Both the position numbers and the translations under genes were made by a program. From positions 1-24,102 of IMG/VR virus record IMGVR_UViG_3300025160_000076: a DNA stretch of 24,102 nucleotides. One strand, written 5' to 3'. Below, in pieces: positions 1 through 7,793 of the stretch (the first letter of the stretch is position 1; each line of letters begins with the position of its first letter). This DNA is from a virus (lineage: Duplodnaviria; Caudoviricetes). The notes beneath the pieces were generated by a model. The model made no database searches and had not been told where the DNA came from. It saw only the letters and a list, made by a program, of their open reading frames with translations.

Positions 1-771
1 GAGTTCGTCGCGGTGCATCCGTTCCTGGATCTGGGTCTTGGCCGTGTCCTCCAAGGCCTCGGCCGCCTCTTTCAGTTCACGGGCATCCCGCAAGTCCGAG
101 GCCATCCGCTGCCAGTCCTCGGTATTGATGATCGTCAACTCGCCCTCGATCTTGGGGATGTCCACGGCCTTGGCGCCAGCCGTATCGGGCGGCTCGATCT
201 CGTTCTCGACCCAGGACCAGAACTCTTGCTCCCGCTCAATCATGGTCGCAATCAAAGCCGGGTCGGCTTCGAGATCAAACCAGATCAGGTCCCAGTTCTC
301 GGCATTGAACAGCGCGAATGATCCCCAGCTGTATTCGTAGACCGCCAGGTAGTGCATGAGCTGGACGGTCATGTAGTCGGGCAGGCCGTGGGCCTTGACC
401 TTGGCGATGGATTTGAGACCTGGACATTTGACCTCGAGGATCCCGGTCGAGGCCACGCCGTTGACTGCCAAGATCTGCCGATCCACGTTCCCGATCATGA
501 AGTGGTGTTCGGGATGGCGCCGCATCGGCTGGCGTCGGATTTTGCGGCCGGTCTTTTGGGCGTACTGATCGGCGGCGACCGGCTCTAAAACCCGTCCGCG
601 CAGGATTGGCCCGCTCTCTTTCTCGGGGTCTTGGGCGAGGCCGGTCTTTTCCAGCCACAGCTCACGGATGGTCTTGTACGGGTTCACGCCCAGGACCACC
701 GACGCGTCAGAACCCCCGATCCCAGTCTTGCGTTCTTGCAGCCACAGTTCTCGAGCGGTTGGATCGATCAT
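1..771 (-). CDS. YqaJ-like viral recombinase / lambda-exonuclease family protein (3' end truncated by the window edge)
   Basis: Not in the ORF track because it has no stop inside the window. Manual translation from ATG at 771 gives MIDPTARELWLQERKTGIGGSDASVVLGVNPYKTIRELWLEKTG...GRVLEPVAADQY...FMIGNVDRQI...GILEVKCP...YMTVQLMHYLAV, which are typical YqaJ motifs. The start overlaps the upstream stop (ATGA). Confidence 0.92.
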   Translation of the reverse strand, partial: MIDPTARELWLQERKTGIGGSDASVVLGVNPYKTIRELWLEKTGLAQDPEKESGPILRGRVLEPVAADQYAQKTGRKIRRQPMRRHPEHHFMIGNVDRQILAVNGVASTGILEVKCPGLKSIAKVKAHGLPDYMTVQLMHYLAVYEYSWGSFALFNAENWDLIWFDLEADPALIATMIEREQEFWSWVENEIEPPDTAGAKAVDIPKIEGELTIINTEDWQRMASDLRDARELKEAAEALEDTAKTQIQERMHRDEL

Positions 772-1043
772 GATTGCACCCTTCGGAGCAGCCGTGCCCC
801 TTCTCGATCGAAGGCCCGCTGAATGAATGGCGGGGGATCGCCGGCGATGTCCTTGGCCTTCCAGGCCGCAATCATCTTGCGGTCCAGCCAGCGCCGGCTG
901 ATCTCGGCCGGAGTCAGATACATTCCCCGCTCGTGTTCTCGCCGGGCTCGGGCTGCCATCTTACGGGCACCATAGGCACTTTCGGCGCTGATGTCGGCCC
1001 GACTCATGGGTTCTTCGCCGTACAGTTCGTGGAAGGTGTCCAT
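768..1043 (-). CDS. hypothetical protein (91 aa)
   Basis: AAGGAG Shine-Dalgarno upstream of the ATG, downstream of a sigma70-like promoter, and ATGA-coupled to the YqaJ gene. Confidence 0.75.
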   Translation of the reverse strand: MDTFHELYGEEPMSRADISAESAYGARKMAARARREHERGMYLTPAEISRRWLDRKMIAAWKAKDIAGDPPPFIQRAFDREGARLLRRVQS

Positions 1044-1067
1044 CGGAAGCTCCTTGCTACTACTGGT

Positions 1068-1095
1068 AGAGTACTACTAATTAGGTAGTTGTCAA
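1068..1095 (-). promoter_or_regulatory. leftward sigma70-type promoter with a palindromic spacer
   Basis: Minus strand reads TTGACA (1095-1090), 16 nt, TACTCT (1073-1068). The spacer region carries the inverted repeat ACTAC-N7-GTAGT (1073-1089). Confidence 0.6.
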
Positions 1096-1112
1096 GCGCC
1101 AATCGGAGGCTG

Positions 1113-1121
1113 TGCTATGAT
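1113..1121 (+). promoter_or_regulatory. rightward extended -10 promoter element
   Basis: TG-C-TATGAT upstream of a GAGGGAG SD and the ATG at 1137. Confidence 0.45.
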
Positions 1122-1136
1122 CTGAGGGAGACCCCC

Positions 1137-1754
1137 ATGAGCCCCCAGACGGTACTTTCGGCCTATCCCAAGGCGCTCCAAGGCGCAGTCGATGCCTTGG
1201 ATCTGGAGGCCATCGGTACCGCCGCCGCCATCCTGTTCGAGGCCTGGCAGAACGGCCGTTCGGTCTTCGTCTGCGGCAATGGTGGGAGCTGGTCTACCGC
1301 CGAGCACTTCGCGGCCGACCTCCGCAAGTGGAGCCGAATTCCTGGCTCTGGCGGTGTCCGGGCCCAGGCTCTGACGCTCGGACCCCTCGCCACCGCCTAC
1401 GCCAATGATCACGAGTACGCCGAGGTCTTCAGCCGCCAGCTCTCCGACCTCGCCCAGTCCCACGACGTCGTGGTCGGGATCTCCTGCTCCGGTGCCTCTC
1501 GGAACGTGATCAACGCCCTGAGCCACGCCCAGCGTTTCGAGGGCCAGAGCATCGCCCTGACTGGCCGGGAGGGCATGCGTCCCTTCTGGATCGGCCGCCT
1601 TCCGATGACGACCGCCGATCTCGAAATCCGGGTCCAGGCCGAGGACATCCGCATCATTGAAGACTGTCATCTCGCGATCTGTCACATGCTGACAGGCGAG
1701 GTAAGGGATCGAATTGCCCAAACCCAAGAGGCCGAACGCTTCCCGGTGACTTGA
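1137..1754 (+). CDS. gmhA: SIS-domain phosphoheptose (sedoheptulose-7-phosphate) isomerase, GmhA-like
   Basis: Motifs VFVCGNGGS..AEHFAAD, TAYANDHEYAEVFSRQL, GISCSGASRNVINAL and IEDCHLAICH. Start moved to ATG 1137 because of the SD. Confidence 0.85.
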   Translation: MSPQTVLSAYPKALQGAVDALDLEAIGTAAAILFEAWQNGRSVFVCGNGGSWSTAEHFAADLRKWSRIPGSGGVRAQALTLGPLATAYANDHEYAEVFSRQLSDLAQSHDVVVGISCSGASRNVINALSHAQRFEGQSIALTGREGMRPFWIGRLPMTTADLEIRVQAEDIRIIEDCHLAICHMLTGEVRDRIAQTQEAERFPVT

Positions 1755-1768
1755 CGTAATCTCTTGTC

Positions 1769-2446
1769 ATGGCTCAGTGCAACGCAAAGTCAAAGCGCAC
1801 AGGTAAACAGTGCCGCGCCCGGGCGATGCCAAATGGCAAGTGCTACCATCACGGAGGGGCCGCGCTAAAGGGTGCTGCCCACCCCAACTTCAAAGACGGC
1901 TCGCGCTCCAAGTACATGCCGAAGTTCTTGGCCCCGGCCTTCGCCGAGGCGCTCAACAATCCTGAGCTGCTCAATCTCTCGGAATCCATCGCCGGTCAGG
2001 AAGCGATTGTCCGAGACGCGTACGATTCACTCGAACAAGGAGAAGCCCCCACTCGCCTCGTCGGGCGCATCCGAGCCGAATGGCGGGAGTTCTGGAACGC
2101 GACCGGACGCGGTGATCAGGAAGCGGTCGCCGCTCATCGACAGCGGATCGGGACTCTGCTCGGCCAGGCCGCGACTGTCGCGGCGACGATCGAGCGGATC
2201 GGCAACGCCGAAGAAACCAAGCGCCGGCTGGTGGACACCGAGATCAAGCGCCGGGAAAAGATGCGGGAACAGATCGTCTTCGAGGACGCGGTTTTGCTCT
2301 ACAATCAGATCACGCAGGCCAATCGCCAGGAGATCCTAGAATTCGATGGTCTTTCGAGAGAAGACAAGAACCGGCTCCTCAACCGAATCGTCACACGATT
2401 TGCGGAGATCGCTGGCCTCCCAAATCCTGCTCGGCCTGCTTCCTGA
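1769..2446 (+). CDS. terS: terminase small subunit (HGGxSTG-type N-terminal Zn motif)
   Basis: CNAKSKRTGKQCRARAMPNGKCYHHGG...HPNFKDG N-terminus followed by a helical region, located directly upstream of TerL. Confidence 0.75.
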   Translation: MAQCNAKSKRTGKQCRARAMPNGKCYHHGGAALKGAAHPNFKDGSRSKYMPKFLAPAFAEALNNPELLNLSESIAGQEAIVRDAYDSLEQGEAPTRLVGRIRAEWREFWNATGRGDQEAVAAHRQRIGTLLGQAATVAATIERIGNAEETKRRLVDTEIKRREKMREQIVFEDAVLLYNQITQANRQEILEFDGLSREDKNRLLNRIVTRFAEIAGLPNPARPAS

Positions 2447-3860
2447 CGAGGACCACGACCGGCCCTATACCCCGATCCCCGGCTGGCCTGATCTTTCCGA
2501 ATACCGCAACTCCGAAACCGGCAAGCGATACGAGCCTCACTCCGAGGAAGAATTGGCGTGGGTGAAAAACCACGACAAGAAGAATCTTTGGGCACTCGGC
2601 GGCGAAGGCGGTGGGAAAACTGTCGTCGGAATCATCCGGGACCTGGAACGCGCTCGGCGCGGCTGCTCGGGGGCCATCACGTCGCCCGATCTCCCGCATT
2701 TCACGCGCTCTCTCTGGGCCGAGATGCGGCGCTGGCTGCCTTGGGATTTCGTGATTGCCCCTCATCGCCGTATGGCTTCCCGGCATTGGCAGCCGACCAA
2801 GCCCTTCATGCTGGTCTGGGAGACCGGGGCGGTCTGGTACCTGGGTGGGATGACCGAGAACGATGTCATGGCGTGGGAAGGCCCGAACATCAACTTCTGG
2901 CACATGGACGAGGTGAGGCGCCACGGGTCAGACAGCGGGCTCAAGGTCATCGACGGACGAGTCCGGATCCCGGGCCCGCTCGGAGACCAGCCGCAGGTCT
3001 GGTTCACGACCACCCCGCTTCCGAAAGGCTCTTGGATGTGGCGCTACACCGGGCCGATCCCTGAAGACAAGGAGGCATTAGCGCGGGATGACCGCCTCGA
3101 ATACAAGCGCGACCGGCTGAAACTCAAGCTCCCGACCCGCGGCAATCTCCACAACCTGACTCCCGAATTCTTGCAGAAGCGGGCCCAGACCCTGACCGAT
3201 GCCGAGGCCGCGCTGCTGCTCGAGGCCGATGAAGAAATCGAGATGGAGGGCACGGATCGGTTCCTGCCCTCGATGGTCTGGTGGGACGCGCTGAAAGCCC
3301 CGATCCCGCCGCTGACCAAGAACGAGCCGATGGTGCTGGCGGCCGACGCGGCGGTGGGGCGCCAGACCGGGTATTCAGACTGTTTCGGGTTGCTCGGGGT
3401 CACTCGGCATCCAGATCTGAAGTACCGGCAGAGTCAGGTATTCATTCGCTATGTCAATAAATGGCAGGCGAGTCCTGGGCAGACAATCAATTTCAATGAA
3501 CCGCGAGAGGAAATTCGGCGCCTCTGTCGAGAGTTCGACGTCGTGATGCTGGCCTATGATCGGCATGAACTTCATGACATGATGCAACAATTCTCCCTAG
3601 AAAATATCGTATGGACCGAGGACTTCGGTCAAGGATCATTACGATTAGAAGCAGATCGCCAATTGCTTGACCTGATCTTGGAAAAACGCATCTGGCACGA
3701 TGGCAATGCGGACCTGCGCGAGCATATCGACAACGCGGACAAGAAGCTGGACGAGGACGGCCGACGGTTGCGGATCGTCAAGCGTGAAGACGCGATGAAG
3801 ATCGACCTTGCAGTTTGCGCGTCAATGGCAGCAAACCGCTGTCTGTATCTGAACCTGTAA
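2346..3860 (+). CDS. terL: terminase large subunit (start uncertain)
   Basis: Walker A GGEGGGKT, Walker B WHMDE, coupling motif FTTTP, and RNase H-like nuclease motifs VLAADAA, AYDRHEL and KIDLAVCASMA. Confidence 0.9.
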   Translation: MVFREKTRTGSSTESSHDLRRSLASQILLGLLPDEDHDRPYTPIPGWPDLSEYRNSETGKRYEPHSEEELAWVKNHDKKNLWALGGEGGGKTVVGIIRDLERARRGCSGAITSPDLPHFTRSLWAEMRRWLPWDFVIAPHRRMASRHWQPTKPFMLVWETGAVWYLGGMTENDVMAWEGPNINFWHMDEVRRHGSDSGLKVIDGRVRIPGPLGDQPQVWFTTTPLPKGSWMWRYTGPIPEDKEALARDDRLEYKRDRLKLKLPTRGNLHNLTPEFLQKRAQTLTDAEAALLLEADEEIEMEGTDRFLPSMVWWDALKAPIPPLTKNEPMVLAADAAVGRQTGYSDCFGLLGVTRHPDLKYRQSQVFIRYVNKWQASPGQTINFNEPREEIRRLCREFDVVMLAYDRHELHDMMQQFSLENIVWTEDFGQGSLRLEADRQLLDLILEKRIWHDGNADLREHIDNADKKLDEDGRRLRIVKREDAMKIDLAVCASMAANRCLYLNL

Positions 3861-3864
3861 GAGC

Positions 3865-3892
3865 GGCGCCCCGGCGGGGTAGCCAGGGCGCC
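3865..3892 (+). other. GC-rich stem-loop after terL
   Basis: GGCGCCC (3865-3871) pairs with GGGCGCC (3886-3892), with an inner GGC/GCC pair. There is no U-tract. Confidence 0.4.
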
Positions 3893-3946
3893 TAAGCTGA
3901 GGGCTCTCCAGTTGTTTGGAAAGCGGCTCAATTCTACATCAACTTC

Positions 3947-3976
3947 TTGCGCGGGCAACTCTATTCGTTGTACGAT
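3947..3976 (+). promoter_or_regulatory. putative promoter for a leaderless transcript
   Basis: TTGCGC, 18 nt, TACGAT, then exactly 7 nt to ATG 3984. No SD is present. Confidence 0.4.
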
Positions 3977-3983
3977 ACTCAGC

Positions 3984-4457
3984 ATGGTGAGATCTCGGCA
4001 GGCCCAGCGGCTCGGGAAGGCCTCTCCGAACAAAGGCACCCGCCGGGCCCCGCCTCGTATCTCGCGAGACAAAGACACCGCTCAGATCCTTTGTCCCTTC
4101 TGCTGGCCGCCGCATCCGATCACACCCGAGACCCCCGCGACTTGCGGGACGGTCTTAGAGCTCGTCGCCGCCCAAACGACCTATCGTGCTGTAGAATGCG
4201 CTCTGTGCCACGGGATCCAAGGTCAACTGGTGAAAGTCGGTGACCGGTACAAGCACGCGTTCGACTGCACGCCGGGGAAGACCATCTACACGGTTCCGCC
4301 TGACAAGTCCCGGGCCGCGGCCGCGATCTGGCACGCCCCGGCCTTCATCCACCGCTTCATCGCCAAACGCTGGGGCAAGGCCGCGGTTGAGTTGACTTCA
4401 GAAGGCAAGCGCACCGGCTTCGGCTGGGACATCGTGCGAAAGTATTCCATTGGCTAA
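3984..4457 (+). CDS. Cys/His-rich putative Zn-binding hypothetical protein
   Basis: CPFC..H, CGT, CALCHG and HAFDC motifs. It fills the terL-portal gap and overlaps the portal start. Confidence 0.65.
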   Translation: MVRSRQAQRLGKASPNKGTRRAPPRISRDKDTAQILCPFCWPPHPITPETPATCGTVLELVAAQTTYRAVECALCHGIQGQLVKVGDRYKHAFDCTPGKTIYTVPPDKSRAAAAIWHAPAFIHRFIAKRWGKAAVELTSEGKRTGFGWDIVRKYSIG

Positions 4458-6318
4458 CGGTACTCAGACCAAGGCAGTCAACGCTCCGGCTCCGCCGCCT
4501 CCGCAGCGGACGCTGACCCGATCTGTTCAGCAGCCGCCGGTTTCGCTGGAGGCCGGTCCGGGCGGCGGCAATGCCTTCGTGTTATGGATGGCCTCGATCG
4601 CCGACACCTTCGAGGCCTGGGGCAAGAACGTCGTCAGGCGGGACATGGAACTCCGCGAATTCTGGCCGACCGAATCGTTCCTGGCCGGCGCGGTCTTCAC
4701 CTGCGCGACTTCAAACGCTTCGCTGGAATGGGAACTCGACGGCCCGGATCGAACGGTCGAGGTCGTGCACGAGCTGCTCAACCAAGCCGACTTCGGCCGA
4801 GGCTGGCGGGAGTTCTCGGTCAAGGTCTCGCTCGACCTCTACACCCAGGACAACGGTGCTTTCGTCGAAATCATCCGGCAGACCAACTCCCCGGCCGCGC
4901 CGATCCTCGGGATCTCTCATCTGGATTCAGCCCGCTGCCAGCGCACCGGCGATCTGGAGTTCCCGGTCATCTACACCGACATCAAAGGATCTCGCCACAA
5001 GATGCCCTGGCATTCGGTCATCGCGCTGGCGGAGTTCCCGGCCCCGATCACGTCCATGTACGGAGTTCAGTATTCGGCGGTGACGCGGGTCCTGCGTTCG
5101 GCCCAGATCCTGCGCGACATGGAGATCTACCGCGGCGAGAAAGCTGGCGGGCGCTTCGCCGAGGCCATCTATGCGCTCGGCGGAGTGAAATCCCAGGACA
5201 TCATAGACGCTCGAAATCGCATGGAAGCCCAGGCCGATAATCAGGGCCTAGTCCGTTATCTCGGTCCCTTGATTTTTGGCTCGCTCGATCCCGGTACAAC
5301 GGTCTCGGTCGCCAAGATCGAGCTGAAGTCGCTGCCGGAGGGCTTCGATTTCGATCAGGAACTCAAGTGGTACATCTCAAGCCTCGCCCTTGGCTTCGGC
5401 CGGGACTATCAGGACTTCGCGCCGCTCCCGGCTGGCAATATCGGAACCGGCCAACAGTCGGAAGTCCTGCACATGAAAGCCCGCGGCAAAGGCCCGGCCG
5501 CCTTCATGCGGATGCTGGAGCAAGCCTTCAACTTCCACGGGGTCATGCCCCGGACGGTGACGTTCCGGTTCCAGGAGCAGGACATCCAGGCCGAGCAGGA
5601 AGAGGCGACTGTCAAGAAAACCCGAGCCGAGACTCGCAAGATTCAGATCGAGAGCCTGGAGATCTCGCCGGTGATCGCCCGCCAGATCGCGGCGGACGAC
5701 GGAGATCTCAAGCCCGAATACTTGGAAGCGATCGGCGAGGGGGATGTGACTCCCGAGGAAACGGTCGAGGGGGAGGAGAAGCCTTCAGAGGAGACCGCGC
5801 CGGTCGAACCGCTCACGACTCCAGAAGCCGAGGCTCCTCCAGATACTGAAAAGGCAATGTTCCGTCAGTTACTCACGCGAGCCGAACAGTCTCCGCTCTT
5901 GAAGGAGTACCTGCAGCAGAGCGCGAGAGAGATCGCCCAAGCCCCGCTGATTGCCGGCCTGCGAAGCACGGTTCAGGAAAGCGCCGAGCTGTTCCAGGCT
6001 GGACTGATCGAGCTGGAGCAGGTCTTCGATGCCCGGATGAAAGGTCTCGAAGCCGAGGGCCACAAGCGGAGCGAGGCGATGGATCTGGCGGTCGGAAGCC
6101 TCGCCGCCGCGCTGAAGGATATGGAGACCCAGCGATCAACACAGCGTTCAGTCGAGGAGATCGCCGCCGACATTACTGTGGTCGAGCAAACGATCCTCAA
6201 GCGCAACCGCAAGGACCGGCCTACCGTCATCCGGAAAGTCATGGCCTCGGGCCGGGCTGAAGACTACAGAGTCATCTATGAGAACGGGAAGATCGTGAGA
6301 CTGGAAAGGATGCCCTGA
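4450..6318 (+). CDS. portal protein with an acidic linker and C-terminal extension
   Basis: Position after TerL and size (622 aa). SLDLYTQDNGAFVEIIR...ILGISHLDSARC resembles the portal GNA(Y/F)xEI..R motif. TTG start. Confidence 0.8.
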   Translation: MANGTQTKAVNAPAPPPPQRTLTRSVQQPPVSLEAGPGGGNAFVLWMASIADTFEAWGKNVVRRDMELREFWPTESFLAGAVFTCATSNASLEWELDGPDRTVEVVHELLNQADFGRGWREFSVKVSLDLYTQDNGAFVEIIRQTNSPAAPILGISHLDSARCQRTGDLEFPVIYTDIKGSRHKMPWHSVIALAEFPAPITSMYGVQYSAVTRVLRSAQILRDMEIYRGEKAGGRFAEAIYALGGVKSQDIIDARNRMEAQADNQGLVRYLGPLIFGSLDPGTTVSVAKIELKSLPEGFDFDQELKWYISSLALGFGRDYQDFAPLPAGNIGTGQQSEVLHMKARGKGPAAFMRMLEQAFNFHGVMPRTVTFRFQEQDIQAEQEEATVKKTRAETRKIQIESLEISPVIARQIAADDGDLKPEYLEAIGEGDVTPEETVEGEEKPSEETAPVEPLTTPEAEAPPDTEKAMFRQLLTRAEQSPLLKEYLQQSAREIAQAPLIAGLRSTVQESAELFQAGLIELEQVFDARMKGLEAEGHKRSEAMDLAVGSLAAALKDMETQRSTQRSVEEIAADITVVEQTILKRNRKDRPTVIRKVMASGRAEDYRVIYENGKIVRLERMP

Positions 6319-6319
6319 C

Positions 6320-7792
6320 ATGTCCAAGAAATTGATCGCCGCGCTCTTCGTCCTGATTGCGATTGCCTTTATCGGATTCCCCGCCCAGGCCGATCAACCG
6401 GTCCCAGAGTTCGCGCCGGGGCAGATCCTCGTTCGGTTCAAGCCCGGGCTACCGATCCAGGCCCGGGATGCCCATCTCAAACAGTTCGGGGCCTGGTATC
6501 AGTCCGAGTTCCCGGAGATCGATGTGACGATCGCCGGGGTCCGTGACGGTGAAGAGCTGGCCGTCATCGATCAGTTGGAAGGGACTGATCCCATAGTCTA
6601 TGCCGAGGTCAATGGCTTGGTCTTCGCGGTGGAAACGATTCCGAATGATCCGCGCTGGGCCGAGCAGTATGGGCCGGTTCGGATCAAAGGACCCCAGGCT
6701 TGGGATCTGTCCACGGGAAGCGAGTCGGTCGTGATTTCGGTGATCGATACCGGGGTCGCTTGTAATCACGAGGATTTGGCGGGAAAGTGCGTGGCCGGAT
6801 TTGACTTCGTGAACAACGATCCGGACCCATCCGACGACCACGGCCACGGCACGCACGTCGCCGGCATCGCGGCGGCGAATACGAACAACGGCCTCGGCGT
6901 GGCCGGGATGTGCTGGGCGTGCAAAGTCCAACCCGTGAAGGTGCTCAACTCTGGCGGAAGCGGGACCTGGGAGGCCGTGGCGGCGGGCAATGTCTGGGCG
7001 GCCGATAATGGGGCCGATGTGATTAATATGAGCTTGGGCGGCTCAGGCTTCAGCCAGGTCATGAAAGACGCGGTGGACTACGCGTACGGCAAAGGCGTGC
7101 TGATCTTTGCGGCGGCTGGGAATTCAGGCGGCGAAGGGGTGCTGTATCCCGCTCGCTATGACAGCGTGATCGCGGTGGCGGCGACGGATACGGCGGACAA
7201 TCGAGCATCGTTTAGTACGACTGGACCGGAAGTGGAACTGGCGGCACCGGGGGTCTCAAACCTGAGCAGCGTTCCCACTGGCTCCTGCGGTCTGTGTGAT
7301 CCGTCTGGCTATCGTTCTCTGTCGGGAACCTCGATGGCAACCCCGCATGCCGCGGGTACCGGAGGCTTGCTGTTGAGTTTCCGATCTACGCTGACGAATG
7401 CCGAGGCCCGCCAAGTCCTGCAGCTCACCGCGGCCGACAAAGGCGAGGCCGGGCGAGATAGGTTCTATGGGTTCGGATTGGTAGATGCCTATGCCGCGCT
7501 GACGTTCGGCGGAGAATTCCCGACACCGACTCCGACCTTGGAGCCGACTGAAACACCGATTCCTACGGATACCCCAGTCCCGACGCTGACTCCGACGCGC
7601 CAGCCAGGAACCGCGGTCTGCGGCAAGATCACGGGCGGAGTGACTTGGACGGCCTCGGGTTCGCCGTTCTATCTGACCTGTAATGTAGACATCAAAGGCG
7701 GCCTGACGGCAATGGATATAGAAATCCAATTGCGCGGATTTTCTCTGGCCGCTACTGGGACGTATTTTCTGCGCGTCCGGATGATTCCGTAG
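6320..7792 (+). CDS. subtilisin-family (S8, thermitase-like) serine protease with signal peptide, prodomain and Pro/Thr linker
   Basis: Catalytic motifs VIDTG, HGHGTHVAG, AAAGNSG and SGTSMATPH. N-terminal signal peptide MSKKLIAALFVLIAIAFIGFPAQA. PTPTPTLEPTETPIPTDTP linker before a short C-terminal beta domain. Confidence 0.95.
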   Translation: MSKKLIAALFVLIAIAFIGFPAQADQPVPEFAPGQILVRFKPGLPIQARDAHLKQFGAWYQSEFPEIDVTIAGVRDGEELAVIDQLEGTDPIVYAEVNGLVFAVETIPNDPRWAEQYGPVRIKGPQAWDLSTGSESVVISVIDTGVACNHEDLAGKCVAGFDFVNNDPDPSDDHGHGTHVAGIAAANTNNGLGVAGMCWACKVQPVKVLNSGGSGTWEAVAAGNVWAADNGADVINMSLGGSGFSQVMKDAVDYAYGKGVLIFAAAGNSGGEGVLYPARYDSVIAVAATDTADNRASFSTTGPEVELAAPGVSNLSSVPTGSCGLCDPSGYRSLSGTSMATPHAAGTGGLLLSFRSTLTNAEARQVLQLTAADKGEAGRDRFYGFGLVDAYAALTFGGEFPTPTPTLEPTETPIPTDTPVPTLTPTRQPGTAVCGKITGGVTWTASGSPFYLTCNVDIKGGLTAMDIEIQLRGFSLAATGTYFLRVRMIP

Positions 7793-7793
7793 A

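Noticed and set aside
13-822. Plus-strand ORFs and the 275-658 minus ORF at the left end
   Set aside because: All overlap the YqaJ gene (1-771, minus), which has convincing motifs.
7520-7600. CCGAC-rich short repeats as a DNA repeat or CRISPR array
   Set aside because: They simply encode the Pro/Thr linker of the protease. No repeat-spacer array, tRNA or rRNA was seen anywhere in the window.
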